The notes under the pieces are model-generated. The model was not told the origin of the DNA. It searched no databases and saw nothing but the letters and a program-made list of their open reading frames with translations. This document shows positions 42,001 to 57,000 of a DNA stretch of 64,000 nucleotides, piece by piece (positions within the stretch are counted from its first letter, which is position 1; each line of letters begins with the position of its first letter). The stretch is from NCBI GenBank assembly GCA_965285935.1, contig OZ260663.1, forward strand, positions 81,220,001 to 81,284,000, written 5' to 3'. The position numbers and the translations under genes were made by a program. The DNA comes from Ophelia neglecta (Eukaryota).

Positions 42001-45000
42001 TATAAGATACACAAGAATCTTCAGCCAGGCTATCTTTCATTACATTGCACTGGCTACCTGCCACTAGAAATATTGATTAAATGAGTGTACTAATTAATTA
42101 TATAATCATTAATGATGTGTATTTACATATTATTCATTTGTAATTTATGTGTATATTTTGTTTCTGGCAGTCAGCTAGAGCACGGCACAAGGCCTGACAT
42201 GGCCACTACTTGTAGCACATCTCACCAGATTTTGTTTTTGTGCCGTTTACTCTTACCCAAAGAAAAATATATCTCTCTCAGATACTGTAACCTTGAGAAA
42301 ACAAAAGTGTGACTTTGTCTATTTTGATTGGCCTACATCAAAGCCACGATCAAGAGGCGTACTTGATGATCTGATATCAGTGTTTAAAGATGCTCAATAC
42401 TCGGGAGATAGGAAACGGGTGGCGCTAAATTCTGATCCAGTTTACGTCTGGAAGAGCTTGGCATTCTTCATTATTGGTTGGATTTTCTCACATTCTGGGT
42501 CAGAGGTGAGGCTAGCGAGCTGAAGGAATTACCTGATTACAACCAGTCATGTGACTCATTATAACACCGACCCCCTCGCCGCTCCATCATTGTCCCTTCT
42601 TCTTGTTCAGCCAGTCTGTTCTCAGGGTTTTTAAGCCTCACACGATATTTTTAAGCCAGGTTTACACTGTATCAAATGAAATATATGCCTTGGTGTTTGG
42701 AGCCAGCTTTGTTTATTGTAGCTTCATAGTCCGACCAGGAAATTCAGCTCACCTTACAAGTATAGAGGTACCGACCATAATTTTGTTTTGATAATTCCAT
42801 CCAAGAGTTGTCACTGTAAAAGTAATCTAGTTCTCCGTCTGCTGTTTTTGCTGTGTGTAGCTCTCACTGTTGCCTTGTGGATGAAATGGACCCGGGCAAT
42901 TATCAAAGATACTCGTCTATTCTCTGCTCTGATTGTGATTGTTACAAGACATACACAGCTCGGGTTACTCTCCACTTGGTTTTGTGATCTTAGAACATAG
43001 TAACTTTAGCCAAGTTTCATCTCGGCTTGCTCGTTTTTGCCCTTGAGACATTTCTACCAACCACTTGGTATTTCTGACCTGCATAACTTCAACATCCGGA
43101 TAAATACTCGGAGAAATCAAACATTGGATTTTGTGCAAAACAATTCTTATCATTCCCCACTGACTGTATTTCTTTAGGTATAATTTGATGCAGGCAGGAG
43201 GAGCATGCTTTGTTTTGCTTCAGTGCTCATGCTTTCATCATGTTTACAAACAAGCTCGCAGAGAATTCTTTGTTCTGGGATGCTGTCAAAAACTGATCCT
43301 ACAAATTGCTAACTTGTTTTTCACACATGAATGTCTTTAGCCTGGAAAGAGGACACAAGTACAGCAGAGGTTGAGTTAGGATAACAGGAAAGTGTATCAC
43401 TGGAAATAGTCTCCACTCCCCTAGTTCAAAGAGGAGGTAGAAAAGTGAGCCAGCAGGAGTGATGATTTTCCTGGTCGGGGATCCTGCGATCAGAAACCTT
43501 ACCTGACATTTGAGTAAATTGTTGATTGTACTAAGACTGGGTTTATTTATTTTTCTGTGGCAAACTTCAGCATTTTGTGGCTGCTATTGGTATTAGACAA
43601 AAGTGCTCCCAGCTGGGTGCAATGCTTCAGTTTTCTCTAAATTTCAAGGCACCCCTATATTTTTATCGTAAATCTTTAAAGAAGTGGTAAGAAAGTAACA
43701 TGAACCATTATCAGCTGTACAAAAAACACCAAACAGTATTGTAATTCTACCCATTGCAGTTTTATTTCTAATAAAAATCATTTAATACTTATTCATAATA
43801 TGCTGCAAATAAAAACATCTTTGTTCTTCAAATCCTTTGATGATATGAACTTGAAAGCTACTCTTCTGCCAGTAAGATATTTAACATAGATCATGACTGT
43901 TGACATTGGGTTGTTAACTTGGCTCATATCAAATGTTCACCGGTTTGTTCTTAGTAAGATCAAACCTGATAGGTGGATATTAACTAAATCAACTGGTATA
44001 TTAACAATGAAGCTGCTCTGTTGCACAACAGGATAAAACCTGGTTACCCATGTCATATTTACTCAGAGTTTTCATGATGATGGTGTGAGAAGTTGTGTGC
44101 GAGGGGGGAATGCCCAGACAAAACAGGGAAGGCAAATCGTCTACAATTGTGGCTGAAATGATTAATGACCCATTGGCTGAGCTTTGACAGCGGATGGCTT
44201 CTGGTCCCCAAAGTTGTCAGCAGGCGATTCCTAGAGAAAGCAGTGATCTTTTGGGTACGATTCCTGCTGCATACTAATCAGCCCTAGGTGGGCCCGCCGA
44301 GGATCAGGCTCTTTGGGCGGCTCGGGCTGCCCTACATGCTGTCGGGCCGGAGCTGATGCAGTTTTAGGTTGTCGACTTTGGTGTCTGCGAGTGTAAGCCC
44401 TCTCTGAGCCGGGCCAGGGCGGAGGTTTACATGGCTTTATAAACCCCAGATTCTTGTCCACCATGTTTGCGTGGTGTGTAGTAGTGCCGTGTACGATGCC
44501 ATGTAGCCTGGTGATCTGGCGGCTGACAGATGATAAGTAATGGGCCTCTAGACGGTGTATGATAGCAGGCAGGTTGGGAGTCTCAATTGGCCGGCCACTT
44601 CTGGCTGGAGCAAGGTCAGACAGCAAGCTGACTGAATATGACAAGAGATATAGACTGGATTGAAACATGTCTGAAAGCCCCCCCCCCCCTCCACTCCACA
44701 ACACCTTTAAACATAATTGAAAAGAAAATGCTCCCCACAACTTTGAAAGGTGATAACTTCCTAACTGGAATTACATGACCTAATTTTAGATTTATGAAGC
44801 TAATTCTAGGTCCGTCATTAAAATGCTTCTTGTCAGTTCTTACTTTTTCCGACTTACTAGTTAGGGATAATGGCAAGGAATACATTGCACTTTCATAGGA
44901 ACTCCCAATAATGTGAGTTTTTTACCTTCCAGTAATGGAAAATCAACCATGGGGAATAAGCTAGACATTTGACTTTGACTTTCATGTTCAGGGTCAAATC

Positions 45001-48000
45001 CTAACCATGTTTCTAGCCATCTCCTGGATTGTATCTGGCAGATGGAGAGGAGAATGTGTGCTATGCATTCTGCATTTAATACCTTTGTCACATTGAATTC
45101 CCTTCATTATATCAAATCTCTTATAACATTTTGTTACTAGTATACTTTTAGAGGCTTGGGTCACATAAAAATTGTTATTTCACTACTTTAACAAGTATGG
45201 GCATATTTTGTGAAATATCTGTAGATATTAATTTATAATGTTAATATGAATTCTTGATGAAAATGAATGAAGTTTTATTAGGTAAATGATGTCTTTTATT
45301 GATGACAGGCCTGTATATATCTTTGACTTTCTTTCCTCCCTTGATGTAGTTCTTGTCCCATCTCTGTTGTAGAACTTTAGTGTTGGAAATTCACACCGGG
45401 TGGTTACAGTCCCGGCAATGTTAGGGAAAAATTCCACCGCTATATCCTGTTGATCTCATTCAACTAATATGATGTTAGCATTGAGCAAGCTGTCAAGCCG
45501 GGGTGTGCCTGTATATCTTAGATGTTAATTTAATTTGCAGAACTTAAAGACTTGCGTAGCCCTTTGACACCTTGATTAACTTCTTAATTCAGCTGGGTCT
45601 CGGTGCCAATCAGCTCGGCTTGTCAGAAAAAAACCTCGGCGGCAGCGACATTGATCAAGATATGAGGAACTCGGCGTGGCGTTGTAAAACACCGCCGCCG
45701 AATTCATTTGGTATTCATGATAGCCGTGCACAATCATCCATTTGAAAAGATGATGACTTAGTATGGCTTAGTTATGATTGACATTCTAATAAAAGGCATG
45801 TTGAAGCTGACTTGTGAAATTGTGGTTAATCCCGGTATTACAAGAGAGGGGTTCTTGGTACCCAGCGCAGGTTTGCCCAAATCCGTCTGGGGTTATTCAT
45901 GTTAATACCCATCTAACTCTTGGAGATGAAATTAATCAAATATTGGTTCTAATATGTCAATGTGTCAAATTGCATTATATAAGCCTGTTTGGGATTTCAT
46001 GTCAGCTGCGTTTTTAGTTGGGCCGGCGGTTTTTTCCTACTGTTTAATTTCTTTGAATTACGGTGGAATGGAGTCTCGGGTTAGTTGTAAAAAGTATCTT
46101 GATTTGAAAGTGACGGGTCTTAATCCAAACTGATCAAATTATTTCCAGCATTGATTATAGTTTAATTATCTGATATGAATGATTTCTTCTATTTCAGTTG
46201 GTCAATGAATCTTCCTCATTGTGCCACCAAGTATTGTTCTGACATTTAATGTAATCTCTCGGGCTGCTCCATTCAGAGTTTCTTCTGAGCCCCGCCTTAC
46301 AAACATCCGTTTTTAGAAGCATTGTGTACTGCTGGCTGCCAGTTAATATACCCCTTTAGTGGGATTAAATGGCGTCGGCTGTGGGGCCATTGAGAGAGAA
46401 AAAAGGCAGACATGTACACACCTATGGCTATGAAAGCAGCACATTTTTTCTCCATTTTTGTTTTGTACCCCTTCTCTGATGTCCCTGTTCAAATGCCTTG
46501 AATTTGAAAGGAATAGTAGAAAAGATAAAATGAAAATAATTTTTGTTTGTTTAAGGTTACAGTTTGGGATATGATAAAGTGATACTGCTGGTTAACATAA
46601 TTATATTTATTTTTTCAGACTGCACTCCACTGGGCAGCTAAGCATGGTAAACTGGAAGTGGTCAAACTGCTGTGTGGAACAACGGGGGCCGGAGTTAACG
46701 TGAGATCGGTGAGTAGTATGGGGACCAATGCCACTCCCTGGTCTGTTTTGTACCTCAGGTTTTATATGAACACAAATGTGCTGAAGTAGAATGATTCTCA
46801 GTGGTGCTGCCCGCTTTAACTGTTGTGATCTGTCAGTTGAATAAACCACACATATGAAATGAGACTGTGTCATTTGAAGCCGACCTCCTCCCCATCTCTG
46901 GCTAAAGAGTGCAAGCCATGAGGAGGGTCAACTTCAAGGGTCACAGAGTCAGATTATGACTCGTGGCCTCCTCAGAGGGCAGTCCCACTGATAAAAGTTC
47001 TAACCTATATTAAATGAAGACTCCAAACACGAGAAAAAGGTGACAGAAAACAGGGGGGCGATTCTTGGGTCTAGTAATTAGTTGTACTACGACTACTACG
47101 TACTATATCCATGGGGTTTTCTGTCCAATACCAAAGTGCAGATTGTTATATAACAATAGCACATTTACTATTGCTTTTGCAACATTTTAGACAAAACTAT
47201 TTTAACTCTTTGTAGAACCAGGTGTATTGAAGTTCTGTTGTTAAAGAATTGGTTGTAGGTTGGTTGTAAACAGTTTAATAGGTTGTTAATTAATAAGTTA
47301 TGATCTACCTAATAGTTATACAAGTTATTATTGACACAGTTATTATTATTAATGTTTTAGAAGTACTGTTTATATGACTGTTGGCTTGTAATAGGAGGTA
47401 CATCTTATATATGAAAGAATGAAAAATAAACACTGTTCTTCAGATTAGAAATTAACAATTAAATACTAGATGTATGGATATCATAATTATACATGTGCAT
47501 AATGGTATTCTATATTTTGTAAATATATTGAAATCTCAAGAATGGTTTATTCTCAAACTATATCCAGTAAAAAGGAAATACTAGAGTAAGTTATCAATGA
47601 GGAACCCTAATTATGTGTCTCTAGTCTTGTCCAGCTGACGGTGGATTAATCATAATCATATCAAATGTCCCAGAATTCATTACAAGCTCCAACACTTTTA
47701 AACAAAACAATTTGGTCAGGATAATAGTTGACCCATATTGGTAATTTTGTTGTGCATATCAATGCACAATAAATTATTCCTTGATTAAGATGCATATGGG
47801 CTGTTGTCAGTTTATGGGGCTGAATCACACAGGGATGAACACCAGTTTATCACAATAATTATCTTAAGGAGTTTGCAATCATGTAAGTGGACACATAGGA
47901 CAAATAAATCTAAAATGGACGCCCCGGACAGTTGACGGTGGAGATGAGCGTGGCGTTGCCTCCCACCATTGATCAAATCCATAAACATGTTCAGTCTGGG

Positions 48001-51000
48001 CTTCTAAAGGCTTATGATGTGCGGTGCACTCAGTCGAGAGGTCTACAATCATCAAAGCTACTCGGACAAGCTCAGATGCACATTCTACCAAAAGGAGATA
48101 GCGATTTCATTCCCCTTTTTGTGTCAGTACACAGCGAGTAAGCGGCATCAATAACATAATTATGTTGAGAAATCAGCTCGGAACGATGAAGTTTATTAAA
48201 TTCATGCTCGAGCAGGGGAAGTGTGGTCACGCGTTAACATTCATTTTGAGCTTCGGCCCCAATCGCTGCGCACTGCACTGCATATGGAAATTAAAAAGGA
48301 AGAGAGCCTCTTGCCGGCAATGGGAGAGGACCAAGCGTGAAATATGGAATGTCCGTCTCTTGTGAAGTGTGTCACATGGTGTGTACCCCAGTCAAATCCA
48401 GCGCATCCAAACTTAAAGATTAGACATTTTTCATTAAGGCTGATATGCTGGCGAAAGAATACAGAGTGACGTGGGCTGGTGAATTGGTTGTATGAATTGC
48501 GCAGCTATTACTAATCTTTCTTGTTTGGTTTCCAATGCGATCTGTCTTTGTTGCCTTTTTATCCACCCGGAACAAGCTTTCGGCTCAATGTCCGCAGGAT
48601 CGCACCAGTTTTTGTCACTGCGGCAAACTTTTGATGAGGTTCACTAGTCTGTGAGCTTTGCGTCTGCTAGCAAGATTAATGTAGATATCATATCTAATGT
48701 GTCCAGTCGTAATGGAGGGTGACTTACTGGAATTGACTTAATGGCTAAAAAACAGATATTGGGTAGGAAGCACGGTGGCCTATGAAATGGGTTTTTGCCT
48801 GTATGATCTAAGGGTGTATCATTACTCGGTTAAGGTTGAGCTCGCTTCATTCCCGATACAAGCCGGCTGGCTGTAATAGCCACTCGTAGTAGGCTTCTCA
48901 ATCAGTCTCACATGGGCACTCGATAGCCAAGAGCGGCAATCCCAGCCCTGCTTGTCAAAGATATTGAAAACCCTTGTCGAAATTGTAGGCATTGTCCTCT
49001 CTGCATTGCTGCCTTGTTAAATTGATTACTGGAGGAGACTTAGAAACAGCTTCGGCAATGTGTCTTGTTTTTGTGCAAGCTGAAAGTTACACTTGCCTAA
49101 ACATGTCTTTCGATCATTTACATTCGCAAATAGGGGTTCTTTTAGGTCTGCGACACAAGAACGATGTGTTTCATTTGGAAAAGTATCCATAAAACCAGTG
49201 TATGCCATTTTATCGTCAGCCAGGTGAATTCTAAATGCCCGGCTGGGAATAAAACCAGGATTTGGCATTAGGCAAAGAGCCGTGGAATGGAATAAAATGG
49301 AGATTTGGCATTAGGTAAAAGGCGGCCGATTGCATTGGGGGAGCAGAAGGTCTGCCCAGAATAATCATATAGTTAAGTCTGGCTTTGTATCTGCGAATCA
49401 GCACGTGGCCCCACTGAGGGACATAAGACAATTTGTGTCCTGACAATTGCACATCTCTGGGCCAGGCTCCAGTGACCAGAGTAATCCCATCAGTTATCAA
49501 CTCTCAAATACACTGCTCCTTCAATGCGAGCGAGTAATGAGTCGCAGCGATTCTGCTATAATCTAGCCTATTAAATTCCTCTAAGCAGGATGTCGGACAG
49601 AGAATTACATTGTCCGATGAAGAAAACTGCGGAAGTTATGTCTCCCAACTGCCATCAGTACATGGGACTGCAATTGGCAAGATAATATTCAAAGAATTAA
49701 CAAATGTTTAAGTGGCTTGGTATTGCCGATAGTTGGGCCCTGAATGGCGTCTTAATCTGAGGGGCCCAGATGCGCAGCGCTTGTGGCCTTTCACGTGTCA
49801 TTGATCATGTAGGGCTAATGGCTGTTACGGCCTCACCTTGAGCCACGGCTGAGGAAATGAACAGCCATGTTCGCTCGGCACAAACAAAGTCCCCATCACA
49901 TGTTCTGAGCCGCTATCAAAGTGGCCTCGACATTTGTCAGACGTTGAAAATAGTCCGGAAATGGAGCTTGGCTCCTACCACGCTAAAACCTGTCATTGTT
50001 GGTCTCCGCTGGAGAAAGTCTGCCACATCTCGGTAACTCAAGCAAATTTGTACAAAATGGCACAAAAAAAGTTATCGTTAGCCTACAGTGGATGTGTCTA
50101 GAGCAATCCACAAGGTTTATGATGTCTTAAAACAAAGAAAAAGCACCTCCATGAAATTACATGCCAGCCTCCCATTCTGATATTGTGGTTAATTCCCCAG
50201 TCCCTGGCAATGTCGAGATCGCAGATACCCAATCATGTAAATTACTGTCAGTTTTACCTCAGCACTATTCATTACTGTTATGTAAATTAAATTTGGATGT
50301 GTTTATAGGGCAGTTTATTTAGCAGTACAAATTTACATATCTATGAGGAGAAACAGTCGCGCGATGGGATTAAGTTCACTTAAGTTGCCAGCATGTTTAG
50401 TAAACTGATGTCTTCATAATTGTCAGGTGGCGTTTAAGATTGTCACTTTAAATGTGTTACATCAGAACGTGTCAGTCGAGCTGTCAACCCTGGCATTGCT
50501 CCATGACTCCAGCGACAAGTGATATGCAAAACCAGTCATTAACATCCCGCTGAATCAGGGATAAAATCACAATATGGTCCATCGGTGGGTGGACCTTGGC
50601 GGCCCCGGGGAAATTCCTTTGTGCCCAGATTGTCTCAGATATATTCATGATGAAAAATGGCTTGAAAAGTGAGCCGGTGTATTACACCATCATAACACAA
50701 GGGCCTCGGCAGATGGGAGTTTGTTAGGCTTGTTGTTGACAAATCTGACAAGGTAATGGTGAAACTAACCATGTACCTCTCGCCGAATGTCTCCAAAAAT
50801 CTTGTTTTGTCTGCGTGTTGGGGGAGGGGGGAAGATGCTACAGCTGATAAATAAAGCTAGGCATCTTCATAACAAAAGCATTTTCCATAGATAACAAGAG
50901 ATAGTCAGGGTTTTATTTTTGGAGGGCCACTAAGTGTATACAATTCAAATAAGAATATTGGCACTATTGTTCATTTAACACTGGTATTAGAGGGTCGTAA

Positions 51001-54000
51001 TCCACTTTTTATTTGCCCGGTTTGGCCATTTTCACGGAGGCAGCCTGGGTATTGAGACTCTAATAGGATATTCAACACACACTTGCCTGGCTCAGCGGGA
51101 CGAAATACAATGCTGAACGGTCAAGTTGATTATTCTACTTGATTTCACACAAATGAAAATATTTTGAGAGGCATTATTTGGCAGCAGTGGGTGAGAGGGC
51201 AGTTGGGTATTATCCTGGCCTACAATGGCTAAGGGTTTAATTGGAATCGTTTGGTGGAGTGGGGGACCCTGCTGGGAACCTGCCTCTCCTAATCATGCCA
51301 CCATCAGAATTAGCCAAACACTGTGTTGGTGCTCACTGGGCGGTGAACTGTTTGCAGATTTCTGAACCCTGGCTTGTTAGATTGCTTATTTAAGTAAATT
51401 GACTGTTGTAAACAATAGTGTATCCAGTAGAATCCACAACTTATGTCTGTCAGTGTAGCTACATGTATGTAAACATAGCAGAAATACTATTCAAGTCAAG
51501 GTCTAGACTGTTTCAATACCCTGTGTTTAGTTCTATTAAATTCTAATAAATATATATAATGATTTTTTTTTTTTTTCATGTTCTGCTGATATGTCTGGTT
51601 GTGCCTGACAGCATGTGAGTATTTAACCAGTAAACAGTTCATAAAGGTTTGCGAGCCAAGTGGAAATAGAGGAAAGGGGATGACTGCTTGGAGTTATACT
51701 GTTTAATACACATGTATAATATGTGCCTTGTTGATAAAGAATTTAATACTTTTATAATTACATAAATACTTATCATTTATATCTCTAATCTGACACTATA
51801 TATTATTTTTGATAGATATTATTTTCATATCAAAGTCAATAAAATATGTGTTTTTTTCCACTTATTCGGCAAGTGGCACTTATTTGACCGAAGTTACACC
51901 ATCAAAGACTATAACCTGCAGATGTAATTTAGCCAATCCATTTCATGCTATTGATTTTATATTACGCCATTTTGCACCAGTGCCGCTAGACGGGTAAACT
52001 CAATTGAACTACTATCTCAAAATCATGGTTTCATCCAAAAACCACTATTGTGAATCGAATCTCCTGATCTTTTTCTGAGAGCTTCAATTCAGCATTTTTC
52101 CGTTATGAGAATCATGAGGTCAGTGAGAAGAGAAGATATTGACATTTCTCGCCGTTGATTTCCAGGCAAATCTGCGAGTTTCTGTCCTAAATCCTATCAG
52201 TTCCAGTTGTCTGGCTTTCAAGTCTCCTGGAAGCATTCATCAGTGTTTTGTATTTGTAAATCAGGTTGGAAACCGGTGTCTTTCTCATAAAACCTCATCT
52301 CCTTCATGCTCAACAGAGATTGGGCACCGGGGCAGAATGTGCGATAGTCGCAACTAAAAATTACATGAAACTGCAATTATTACTGGTTGTAAACATTCCA
52401 CTCATAGAATGTGCTGTCTTGTATCTTTTTCATATTGTCGCCCATTGTGCTGGTTGCTGAAATGGATGGTTGCCTTAGGGGGTAAGTGAAATTTCATCTA
52501 TAGCTCCGTTGTCACGTTCCTAATGATATTATTGGCCGATAGAAATGACAGATCATCACAGCCAATTATTACAGATTTCTCATGCATATGAAACGGTGAT
52601 ACCCCGGGCCCCGGCCACATCGACCAGCCATCACCGAGGGATAAAAAAAGATATTGAATGTCACTCACTGTCGGGGGAGGTTGGGGCCAGCGATAATGTA
52701 AAGGGCTTGGTCACAGGGCACTCTACATTCACCCATTCTGGCAGCCATTGTCTGCCCTTGGGCATCTGGGGCGGAGACTGGGCTCGGGTCGTGGACTCCA
52801 CGGCCTCCGAGGAAGCCCAGGAAATGAAGGCTCTGTGCCCAACACCTTCGCTCGAGTCGCGGGCAAAATTCGTTTCCTGTAGAACATGTGTAGGGAACGG
52901 AGCAATTTGCATCTCAACAAATGAAACTCGGACTCATCAGCAATAATCATGATTTAATGAGAGCTCTGCTGGCAAGTCCAAGATGAATGGGACATTACTG
53001 CTCTGGAGGAGGTGTGAAAATCTTGCCATTTCACTGCAGAATATTTCCATTAATTACCCAACTGTTCTGGTAGGGGGAGCCATACATGTCTTAACAAGGC
53101 TGCGTAAATCAAGGTGAGAAGCGGAGTGTGAGTCACCTAGACCCAGGCCCCTTCACTTCCACCGGCATTCTCTCCCCGGTTTGATTCATAATGCCATTCC
53201 TCCACAAGAGCTCTCCAGACCTCAAGCCCCCCACCTTTGATGCCGGATTGGTTATTAATTAAAATTAAAATCTCCAATGCTTTGATGAAAAGCCTCTGCC
53301 GCTAATGGGATTGAAAACAGTCGATAAATAGATGTTGATTGTTTTGGAGATATTGGTGTGGGTGGCCAGTGTGATGTTAATGGCCCCGTTTAACATAGTA
53401 GTAGACTTGGATGGTAATCACGATGATCTCTGGATAAACAGAACCAGGGTGGTCCGTCTGCAATTCAATAAGCTCTAATACACTTGATCAAATCTCATTT
53501 CATTTATTATTTATTAATTATAACCGCACAGAAGCTGTTGTACCGTAATGCTTCTAATAATGAACAGAAGCTGTTGTACCGTAATGCATCTAATGATTGC
53601 ACCATGTATAAATTCATACACTTTAGATTCATATCATTTTAATTATTGTTTTACCTATATTAATTTAACCCATCTAGTTATCCAAGTAACAAACATTTCT
53701 AATCGACCAGTAATAATTAATTGTTATTAACCTTAGTAGGTAGGTAATAATTAGTGCTATGACTGAGCACTGTCTGGGTGAAGGCAGGATACCCCATTAC
53801 AGTCAAGTCTATTTTTATTTGAAGATAAAACATGTTATTATAGTATAGTGAAGAGATTAATATAAAAGAATAACTCAAGACATTGGGAACAGAAATCACC
53901 AATTTCCAATATTTGTCTGCTAATAGGATTTGATAGAATAAAGAGTAATGTTCAGTTGCCTGCAATTTAGTTGCTTGCCATGATTTCTAGCTGAAACTTT

Positions 54001-57000
54001 ATTCATTTAAGCAAATGGATGCGGCCTTGCCTGTTAATTTAAAGCCAGCCTGGCCTATTTGTTGTTATTTATAGGAGTGGGCACACGACTGTCCATGGAA
54101 ATGACTTCTTAAGCTTAGACATATTTGTGTCTGGCCCTGGCCCTATTTGTCAGTCACTTTGTTAGCGTCATAAGCTGCTGGTAAATCTAGGCTGATTAGC
54201 CCCACCACACCTTGCCAATAAGACAAATAGAACTTCACAGTTTGGCCCCGGACTCCATTTTACTGAGTTATATTTCGCCTGATGAAGGCCTGCATTTTCA
54301 ACTTGAGTAGTGTGAAAACAGAACATGTGAGTCTGAACCGGGATATTACTGGCAAGAAGGTGGTTGACATGCGACACATTAACAGCTCTACGCCAACAAC
54401 AAATGAACAAAAATGGCCAATTTCATTGTCACCACATTAGTTTGCTTTACGAGGTGTCCTCTCGGCTGCCTAGTTTTCTCCCATACTGCTCAGTTTAAAT
54501 GTTAATTCGGTGATTGAGTCATTGTACTCATCTGAGGAGCGTTTGAGTTTTGGAGCCATTGTCTGGGCTGCTGTAGGTATCACTTTACGCTGGATACAGG
54601 GCCTGTGCTGACTGATATGATTGGGCTAGCGACTTGTAGGGTAACTGCTCCGACATGTAGACATAACCATCACCGGCCAGTTGACAAGTTTGGTTTCATG
54701 TTGCCAAGTCATGTCTCCCAGCTCCTCTCAGTAAATTAGTTCATTTGATTGCATTCCACCATATTACTTTCAGTAATATTATTGCTCGTCTGTTGTTTTA
54801 GCACTCACTGATAATGGCCTCTGTAAAGACTATATCCGCCGCCTTGTTTGACGTCACATTGATTTTGCCCGAGTATTTGCTCATTTTGTTTGAGTCATGT
54901 GTATTGGACTCCGGGTGCCTGAGCGGGCCAAGCCCGGCTTTGTCGATCGTGGCTTTCCCCCATTGTCTTAGGTTCATTGATATTCCCCTTCTTATCTCCT
55001 CACATGGGTGTAAGACTGCATTATTTCCGATCCTCAAATCGAGGCCCTAATGGCCTGACATGCAATCTGCATGGGGGGTACTTTGTCCGACAAGCAGTGA
55101 CAAACAGGGAGCTGAATTTTGGAAGGGTGTGAACTCGCGGGACCCGGATCGATCAGGCATTGGGAGGCATTAGCTGCTTGCCCCATCTCAGCGGGATTCA
55201 TTGTCGACCAACGCCCGCTTATCGGGAGGTTAATTCTCTCGCTCTGACGGCACGGAATATTAAGTGAAAGCAGGCTGTACAGATGATTATTAACTGCAAA
55301 CAAAGCCTAGCAGGGGACTGTTGGGTTATTTCAGTTTAATTAAGTATTTGCCTATTGATATGAGGTTGGGGATTTTACAACACAGCCTAACATGACAAGC
55401 TGCATGTTGGCACACTGCTCTGACACTGATGTCTGGTCCGGGCGGACTCGGCTAATGAAGGATCCCGCTCTCGCTAACTAGCAGGCCGGTCTTAGAAGCG
55501 AGAAGCGCGTCTCGGGAGAAGGTTCTGCTTTCGAACCGATCATGCAATGCGTCGAGGTGCCAAAGTGGTATGATCCATTTCATTACAAGGCCAGCCAGGC
55601 CTAATGCACCCTCTAGTTGTTGCTTTGTGCGAAATTAGAATTGTAATTATGCCGCACAAAAAGGTTTTGGTAGTCTGGAAAACATGGCCAGCCCTGGTGG
55701 GCCCACCAGGCATCAAAGGCTTAGTCCGCACCCCAAAAGCTGTATCTGTGTCTGCACTGACTACTGACTACTGACTGACAGCCTCTTTCTGATTGTCGAC
55801 AAAAACTACTCTCCAACTTAATTTGTTCCATGCCATTGAGTTTGTACAATGACTGACATTCTATAGGACTGATATCATTGCATAAATTGAAAGCCTTTTT
55901 ACCGACACTGAATTGGAGATGGCTGATCGATGCTAATAGGCATTTAGGGTGATTGAGATTATTTCGTGGATTTCGTGACTTTTCTAAATGGCCATTTATG
56001 TTCTACAGCTAATTCTAGTATAACATTGGCAGTGATACAGCGACGGCAAATTAATTAGAGGATGCCATAACAAATCAGACATGTTTTCGGTCTTTTATCA
56101 ATTTACTTGTCGCTAGAATGGGTGAAATATGAACTGCATTTCCATATCCGCCTTATTGGATGCAATTAGCTCGCAAAGGTTTTGAAAAGATCTCGTGCCA
56201 AGTGTATCTGTAATACACCTTAGAATTTATATGAGGCCTGCATGTCAGGCGGCAGTTTGGCTGAATAAGCACATGGATGATGGAATTCATTATTTTTGTT
56301 AGGAAATTGAATGCTCGTAAATGGCAAGAATTTCTGAAATTACAATGTAGCGGTTCATTCTATTATGCGTTTTTGATTTAAGAGATTCTGAAGCATTTTG
56401 ACGAGTTCTTTCGCCCACTACTAGGCTGGTTATTTATCTGGTTTTCATTGTCTGTCGATGTGCTGCTCCACTGTTGTGGTATTTCTCCAGTGTGTGTCAA
56501 GTGGTGCCACCTGGTTTTATTGTAGTATACTAATGGCTTGGTGTTGTGTCAGCTGCTTGTGGTAGGCACACACTCTCTCACACACATTCACACACACACA
56601 TACAGGCTGGGTAGGGAGCCCACAAAGAAAGTGCCAACATACATTATCTTGTTTACAGGTAGTTTTTGCAGCAATTCTCATTGCTTGACAACCACTGTCA
56701 AAGAAATATGTGCTCCATCATAAATCCAAATGGCTGTGACCCGCTCCTGCCTGTACTTTACTGTCTCAACCCTAGAGATATTGCTGAACTGGGGGTAACA
56801 TCATCCCTGCCAATCCCATCTGTGAAGCATCTTTTGTGGCAGGCAAGAATGCACCCTGACATCTTTGGGCAAATATGACTCCGGTGTTTTCTGGGAGCAG
56901 CGAGCCAAGCATAGCTGAGTTTCACCCTGTCTTCATGCGAGGCCTAGACACAAATTGCCAACGACCAAGGGTCACCCCTCTCTCATCTCTGACACAAAGT

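Noticed and set aside
44231-44740. 169-aa minus-strand ORF in the sowah intron
   Set aside because: Non-ATG start, no domain similarity, no exon partners.
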